From the human T2T-CHM13v2.0 reference genome, Homo sapiens, in the NCBI RefSeq assembly GCF_009914755.1, contig NC_060930.1: 64,000 nucleotides of DNA; one strand, 5' to 3'. A model generated the notes under the pieces. That model did no database searches. It had not been told where the DNA came from and saw only the letters and a list, made by a program, of their open reading frames with translations. The translations under genes were made by a program, and so were the position numbers. Below, one piece after another: positions 58,645-64,000 of this stretch. Each line of letters opens with the position of its first letter. The stretch's first letter is position 1.

Positions 58645-61589
58645 TATTTGCAACAACACAATTTCTGCAGATTTTTGAGGAAAAGAGTCATAATTCATCT
58701 AGAGGATTGGAGTATCACGTAGCATTCTTAGTATATGGGTTTCCAAATCAAGGGATAGATTTTGAAAACTGCTTATTGCATTAATTATTTAAGTTGATTG
58801 AGATGCAAACTCCCTAACCACTGTTTATTACCTCTAAAACAACCCCAAACCAGTTTTAATTGAACTCTTAAATATGTAGGATTCACTAAAACCTACACAG
58901 AAATAGCAATTGAGCCAACATGTATTGTTTTGGTTAAATGCCTAGGTACTCTAAAAATCATGAAAAATGGTCTAAGAACCAGTTTTCTTTTTTCATTCTT
59001 GGGTGGAAATGTTGACTACTGATTTATGCTTATGAATAAGAGAAATGAGACTTTGAGAATTTTCATTTGCTGTTAGCCAAATGTAGGGCGAATTTAGAAA
59101 GCTTACTGAATTTTTTTCTACAGCAATCATTTTTTAAGAAGGAATTAACATTGATATTATGTTTGATTACAAAGCCAGGAAATGCAAGGAAGCAAATAAT
59201 AACTGCTGTGAAAACTGACCTAACTCCTCAGTAACCCCAAACATCCAATCTATAGAGTCATATATGTATATGTGTGTGTGTGTATTCTATAGGAACTATA
59301 GCTGTGAAGAAGCTGCTGGCATAGAATGGGCCTGGGGAATCAATGTGATCCATAGGATGATTTGTGAAGAATAATCTCTTATTTAAAAATAGGGAACAAG
59401 TGCCAAGACAGAGACAGAGAACAACTTCCCAAGTGGAAGCCGAGGAATTCTGTTGTTGGTCAAAGTTGGGACTCTGGGGAGCTATACTAGAATGGATGCT
59501 GTCCAGATCTCAGGCCTTAATTATGTGCAATGTCAATCTCCCAACAGGTACCTGAAGAAAGGCAGAGGAGGGGGACCGAAGAACAAGGAATGTATAGGAC
59601 TGCCATTCCAGTCCATGGGTAACCTCCAAGTTAGAGGAAGTGAGAAAATCTAAGAATCAGATTCACTCTTTATAGTGACCAGGGAGAATGCCATGCATAC
59701 AACAAGACTATAGTTTGTGTTTCCGAATTATGTAGGGAGTTGTCCTTAGAATATGTGCTGTAGCATTACAAATATGAATATCCGTCTTTGATAAGTAAAT
59801 GTTTGCCCCTTTCCATCATGCTTGAAGACAGATATTAGAAGAAACAATGTATTTTTTTTCAGGACAATATTTTTATTAAGGCACAGGTTGCCCTTCTGGG
59901 AAGAATTAGTGCAATAGATAAAATTTATGACTTTTATCTGTTTTAGTGGAACAGATGCCATCTCCCTTGATAGATAACTGGGATATAAAATTTTTGAAGT
60001 GCTGATTGCAACTATGCATTTCCTAATGGAATAGATATAAATTTTCAAACCACAAACTCAGGTGTACAAAAACGTAACTACCTTTGCCTTTTTCCTTAGT
60101 TTAACTGGATCTTTACTTTGAGTTATTATATTTGGTAGCAGAAAATTTAAATGTTTTTAACTTTAAGTAGATGTATACATTGTAGGGTATCATTAATCAT
60201 TTCAGGTTTAAATTTACTCAATTCCAGATTTCCCTGTCCCTGTGTCTTCTCCCCAGCTTGGAACATTCCAAGCACCTATATGCCATCATGACATGGGCAG
60301 ACATATGCTTGGTGGTTCCCATGCCCCATCAAAGTGGCCTTCACTGAGCTTTACCTTGTACTATTTGGCATTTGTGATCTTTATTTTAGTGTCTACCAGG
60401 AGGCTGGTGTTCCTAATGGGTGTACTTCAAAATAACCGCATCTTCATCTTGCACAGCTTGACCAGAAAGCCCCTCCGTGTTTGCTTTCCCATGGCACTCT
60501 AGGGTCATGGCAACTTGGTGGTTCTTCCTCAGGCCCTCTCTGCCCTGGACATGTCTGCATGATCTATGTCTTCTCTCTAACCCTACCAAGGCGGTAGAGG
60601 CAATTACTTGAGAATGTTATTAATACTTCCAAGCTTGTTTGGGGATATAGTTTTTATTTAGAAATTATTATTGTTGTTAAGAGGATACAGTTTGTATTTG
60701 GAAAACAATCAACATTTATCTGGAGTTTCTATCAGTTTTTCTTCCCTCAAACTCATGTCAGAAATGGAACAGAGATTACAGGATCCCTTTCTCAGGGATG
60801 CATGCCAACTTGAATCTTCCAGTCCTCATCAAGCCCCTGTACTTGTCAGGACTGGCCCTGCCTGGGGACAGTATGCCTTACATGGCTCAATCTCATGGTT
60901 TGGTTTTCATGGAGCAAAGGCCAAGAGATTTTAAAAAGGGAAAGATTACGTCACACCATCTGTATCGTACAGTGACCACCAGTATAATTCTACTTAAAAT
61001 AAAGCAAAACAAAAGAAGATAATTGTGACTCATGCTGTGTCCACTGTAAAGCAAAATAAGAATTTTCACCCTTTATGAAATATTCAAATAATTTTATGCC
61101 ATCTTTTGTAACATGAAATGTAACTTGAAACCATAACAGAGTTGGTTCAGCTGTTTCCTGGAGAAGGGCCTGGCACAGTGTTTGAATTCTCTAGCATGAA
61201 GATACCTTCCAGAAGGCCGAGTAGGAGTGGATTGCCAAGGTTCTGCTTCACGCCTTGATGAACATAAACCAACATTTCTCACCAGTGAAGACTCAGATTA
61301 TGGTGCTGAAAATATGTTTCATCACAAGATGACAGGTGGCCCAGCAGCAGCAGTTACTGCCTATTCATGAACCATTTTATCACAGAATAGAACCACGTAC
61401 ATATTGACAAAGACATCTTTGCTGTTATTGTGGGAGTCATGACGTCCTACAACTTCTCTGTATCTGACGCTTTACCAGTTACATGAATCACCAGCTTTTT
61501 CTAAGAAATAATTTACACTTTTAATTATAGAGTCATTTACATAAATTTTTTGGCTAGATGTTTATAGCCACATGTTAGCTGCCAGTCTT

Positions 61590-61760
61590 TTTATTTTGAC
61601 AGTCTCGCTCTATCACCCAGGCCAGAGTACAGTGACGTGATCTCCACTCACTGCTGCAACCTCCGCCTCCTGGGTTCAAGCAAATCTTGTGCCTCAGCCT
61701 CCCAAATAGCTGGGATTACAGTTGTGTGCCACCACACCCAGCTAATTTTTGTATTTTTTG
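61590..61760 (-). mobile_element. 5'-truncated AluS (right monomer)
   Basis: Perfect 17-bp TSD tgttagctgccagtctt 61573-61589 / 61761-61777. Confidence 0.92.
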
Positions 61761-61799
61761 TGTTAGCTGCCAGTCTTGAAGAATATTTGACTGCAGATT

Positions 61800-62068
61800 C
61801 CAAGATAATGTTGCCTTCTCATTGAGACCTACCCCAACTAACCTTTTAAAAATTGCAACCCTCTTTTCAATGCTCTGCTATTTGTTATTTTTTCCCTTGG
61901 CACTTAATCACTTTTTGATATATTATGTACATCATTTATTATATCTATTGTTTATTGTCCATTTCTCTCCACTAAGAGGTAAGAGCAGAGACCTATTTTC
62001 ATTCACTAATGTATCAAAAATATCTGACACATAGTTGATGCTCATTAATATTTATTGAATGAGTGAGT
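61800..62068 (+). mobile_element. L2a 3' end
   Basis: ttcattcactaatgtatc...ctgacacatagttgatgctcattaatatttattgaatgagtgag. Confidence 0.75.
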
Positions 62069-62344
62069 TTGCTTGTAGATATCCTCCTAGACAAAGTTGC
62101 AAGATTAACTCAGTGGAGAATGCTTATGTCATTCCTTCTGTGAAAAAGAATTACTTTGATCACATCTCGTCACCTATGAGATTCGGTCCAACTCTTCAGT
62201 TTCATAATTGGCCCTCAAACTGTGTCTTCGAGCTCCTACTTTTCTTTTATAGTAACTCAATGTGTAATCATAGTGTAACCATAGCAAAGTAATAGCTACG
62301 TTCCTTCACATGGTATTCGTCTTTCTAGGCAGCAAGGCTTTCCC

Positions 62345-62826
62345 TGTGTATTATTTAGCTATGTGGCATAATAAGGCATAAAAATCTGTCTCAAAACCCA
62401 GGGCAGTGTCTTAAGGCAACACACATTTTTGGTTTTTCACTTAAGCGTTGTGTGGGGCAGCTTTGATTCAGGCTGGGCTCAGCTGGGATCTGCTGGGCTT
62501 GGCTCCAGTTGGTAGGTTGGAATTAGATCAGCTTTGTGTGCCTCCTCATTCTTCCTGGACCAGCAGCTATTCAGAGTATATTCTCTTTCTGGCAGATTAT
62601 CGAATGCAAGGGGCCACATGCTAGCACATTTATGGGCTCTGCTTGCATCATGACTGCTCCCTTCCACTGACTAAAGCAAGACACATAGTCAAGCCCAATA
62701 TCAATGTAGTGGAGAAATATGTTCTAACCGAAGGAGAAGAGATAGGTAAGTGGTAGATATGTTCTACCAAAAGATAAAAGAAGTAGATGACAATATTTTC
62801 TGATCAACACAGTGTGTATCTCACAC
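62345..62826 (-). mobile_element. MaLR LTR (MLT1K/L-like)
   Basis: caggctgggctcagctggg...cttccactgactaaagcaagacacatagtcaagcccaatatcaatg. Confidence 0.7.
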
Positions 62827-64000
62827 ATTATTCCTTGTTGGCATATCCATCATGACCTAGCACAAATGTTGCCTACTTTATGAACCCTCTCTATTGCAGT
62901 AGGTAGTCAGGTCTGAATTTTGAAATCCAGTGCACTCTGCTTACAGCTATTCATTAAGGCATAGGCTTGTCTCTTCTCCTGGGCTCTAAAGATCTGAGAC
63001 AATTTCCTATTAAAATTTCTATTCCCAATATCTACCATACAACCTAGCAAGTTATACACTTAATAGATGTCATTTGTATAAGAATGTAGATAATCCCATT
63101 AAAGAAAACCAACCCCATTCAGATTCCATCAATGTCAGCTTTGTGTCTATCTGAAATGAGAAAACTACCATATGAAACTTAGTAGATATTGCATTAAATG
63201 TAGCACATTTAGGAAGTGTTCCCATATAAAACTGACTAGAAGCAGGTGATTTGAAATTAAATTCCATAATTAAATACCATATAGCATGCTAAAGTGTTCA
63301 GTACAATTTGCCAAGGGTTTTTCCACAGAAAGTGATGGAAAATTCTTTGGTAGAAATTGATGTTGAATGTTTAGAGCCTTGACAGAAAGAACTCCTTAGC
63401 AGTCAAAAATGTAGAATATTCTTCGCTTTCTCTCAGAGTTCTGCTACAAAAATCTCAGTTTTGTTTCAGTTTTTTTAAATGACACATATAACGTCAATTG
63501 ACAAATGCCTGAATTTGTTCTAGATGATAATTATTCCATTCATCTACCCATCCTTTCCAACCTACTATCTATTCATTGGTCCATCTCTTTATTTATGTAT
63601 TCTACCTTTCTGAACTAATTAACCTTAGTTTTATTTAAATTCACTCATAATCCAGTTTAGAATCAATGATTTATGATTTCAATTATATCTTTGCCAATAT
63701 CCTGACCTGCTATTTCCCTTGGCCTTTTCATTGCTTTCATCTGAATGAAGACTGGATGAGTCCAAGTACTCATTTCCATTATGTCTCCTTGAACCATCTA
63801 AACACCATTTTGTTAAACTAAAAAGTCAATTCCCATTCCATTTTCTCCATCACAAATACACTATTGACTTTTAAGATTTATATTTTCAATACTCAATTAA
63901 TTTCAAAACCACCTCATACAGTGGTTGTCAAGTTTGATCTATGAAAAAAATGATTAGAGCTTGGGATTGCTATCCATAGCATTAGTAGCATGCTGCTTAA

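Overview
This is AT-rich, CpG-poor primate (human-like) non-coding DNA, either intronic or intergenic, and much of it is interspersed repeats. I cannot identify a host protein-coding gene. The long ORFs are LINE-1 derived, and the other ORFs are Alu, LTR, simple-repeat or chance translations. Main elements: a full-length, TSD-flanked L1PA2-type LINE-1 at 40250-46273 (ORF1 and ORF2 each carry two nonsense mutations; antisense ORF0 is intact), a complete MER41B solo LTR at 1427-2052, several older L1s, Alus, MIR/L2 relics, MaLR LTRs and DNA-transposon relics. Structure beyond the repeat list: (1) a ~430-bp inversion that split one Alu and flipped part of an L2, supported by inverted TSDs; (2) an old ~450-bp inverted duplication with arms 3.2 kb apart; (3) two near-perfect short hairpins; (4) a consensus recursive-splice-site motif and candidate + strand exons near the window start; (5) a strong CTCF motif; (6) a templated-insertion repair scar; (7) a twin-primed L1. 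I do not see evidence for a new biological system; the findings are structural or regulatory candidates. Subfamily names come from remembered consensus sequences and should be confirmed with RepeatMasker/Dfam.
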